This document shows positions 63,273-64,000 of a DNA stretch of 64,000 nt, in pieces. A model generated the notes under the pieces. It did not search any database and was not told the origin of the DNA. It saw only the letters and a program-made list of their open reading frames with translations. Made by a program: the position numbers and the translations under genes. The stretch is from assembly GCA_965261085.1 (NCBI GenBank), contig OZ253442.1:2944001-3008000 (forward strand). Reading direction: 5' to 3'. The DNA is from a bacterium (GTDB taxonomy: Bacteria; UBA8248). Numbering within the stretch: position 1 is the stretch's first letter; every line of letters starts with the position of its first letter.

Positions 63273-63766
63273 TCTTCCTCCGGTGGGAACGTGCGCGCTT
63301 TGACGTGGCGATTGATCGCCGCTTGTAAGGCCAAAGCGTAGCCCTCCAGGCCATAGCCGATGATGCTTCCCGCCGCCACGGGCCCGATCAACGAACGATG
63401 CCTGAAATCCTCGCGCTTCAAGACGTTGGAGATATGCACCTCGTAGACGGGCATTTCCAGGCCGCCTATCGCGTCCCTGAGCGCAACGCTCGTGTGGGTG
63501 TACCCTCCCGGATTGAAGAGGCACGCGGCGCATTCGCCCGAGGGAGCCACATCCATCAGGGGCCGTTTCGCACCCCCCGCGCGCTGGATCGCGTCGATGA
63601 GCTCTCCCTCGACGTTGGACTGAAAACATTCCAGGTCCACCCCCTCATCCGCCGCCATCCGCACCAGGGCCGCCTCGAGCTCGACCAGCGTGGTCTTCCC
63701 GTACACTTCGGGTTCGCGCTTGCCCAGCAGATTGAGATTCGGACCATTCAGAAGCAGTATTTTCAT
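63269..63766 (-). CDS. aroQ: Type II 3-dehydroquinate dehydratase
   Basis: LNGPNLNLLGKREPEVYG, QSN.EG, NPGGYTHTSVALRDA, EVHISN. Confidence 0.96.
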   Translation of the reverse strand: MKILLLNGPNLNLLGKREPEVYGKTTLVELEAALVRMAADEGVDLECFQSNVEGELIDAIQRAGGAKRPLMDVAPSGECAACLFNPGGYTHTSVALRDAIGGLEMPVYEVHISNVLKREDFRHRSLIGPVAAGSIIGYGLEGYALALQAAINRHVKARTFPPEEE

Positions 63767-63826
63767 AGGCTTATCCAAAGAGGACATCTCACCTCATATT
63801 CACGTTCGAGCGGAATCTGACGGGGA

Positions 63827-63855
63827 ATGTTAGAAAACACGGGCGATGGCGTCAA
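63827..63855 (-). promoter_or_regulatory. Putative sigma70 promoter for aroQ-peptidase-efp
   Basis: Minus strand TTGACG-17 nt-TAACAT. Confidence 0.5.
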
Positions 63856-63874
63856 CGAAAAAACACCGAACCCG

Positions 63875-64000
63875 TTATGAGCCTGCGAGCGCGCCTCTCC
63901 ACAAACGGGGCGAGACCTCGACGCCCGGTTCCACCTCGCCGATTTTTCGCATCAAAACGAACCGTGGACTCCCCCGGCGCGTCTTCTTATCGCCGGCGAG
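63875..64000 (-). CDS. aroB: 3' end of 3-dehydroquinate synthase (partial, continues beyond the window)
   Basis: Manual translation LAGDKKTRRGSPRFVLMRKIGEVEPGVEVSPRLWRGALAGS-stop; DKK..G..RFVL..IG is the AroB C-terminal pattern, and it lies next to aroQ. Confidence 0.75.
   Translation of the reverse strand, partial: LAGDKKTRRGSPRFVLMRKIGEVEPGVEVSPRLWRGALAGS

Overview
A gene-dense, GC-rich bacterial chromosome segment made almost entirely of housekeeping genes. The gene orders (mreBCD-mrdA-rodA, radical SAM-RNase G, dprA-topA-trmFO-xerC-hslVU-argBDFG, rpsF-ssb-rpsR-rplI-dnaB-alr, TPR-lolB-like-ispE-prs-rplY-pth, aroB-aroQ-M24 peptidase-efp) resemble those of diderm Nitrospinota/Desulfobacterota-type organisms; that taxonomy is inference only. 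I found no rRNA, tRNA, CRISPR array, transposase or prophage. The clearest accessory gene is a solitary lipoprotein (50458-51864) that joins a metzincin-like zinc protease domain to a C-terminal TbpB/Slam-cargo-like beta-barrel. Other items worth checking are a LolB-like lipoprotein in the canonical lolB position, the uncharacterised TIGR03960/TIGR03936-type radical SAM fusion coupled to RNase G, a DedA/YqaA gene in one operon with uppP and GDP-mannose genes, an orphan MlaF-like ATPase coupled to a tgt with an atypical substrate pocket, and an S6:S18 leader RNA. All calls come from reading motifs by eye; no database searches were run, and I cannot claim a demonstrably new multi-gene system.
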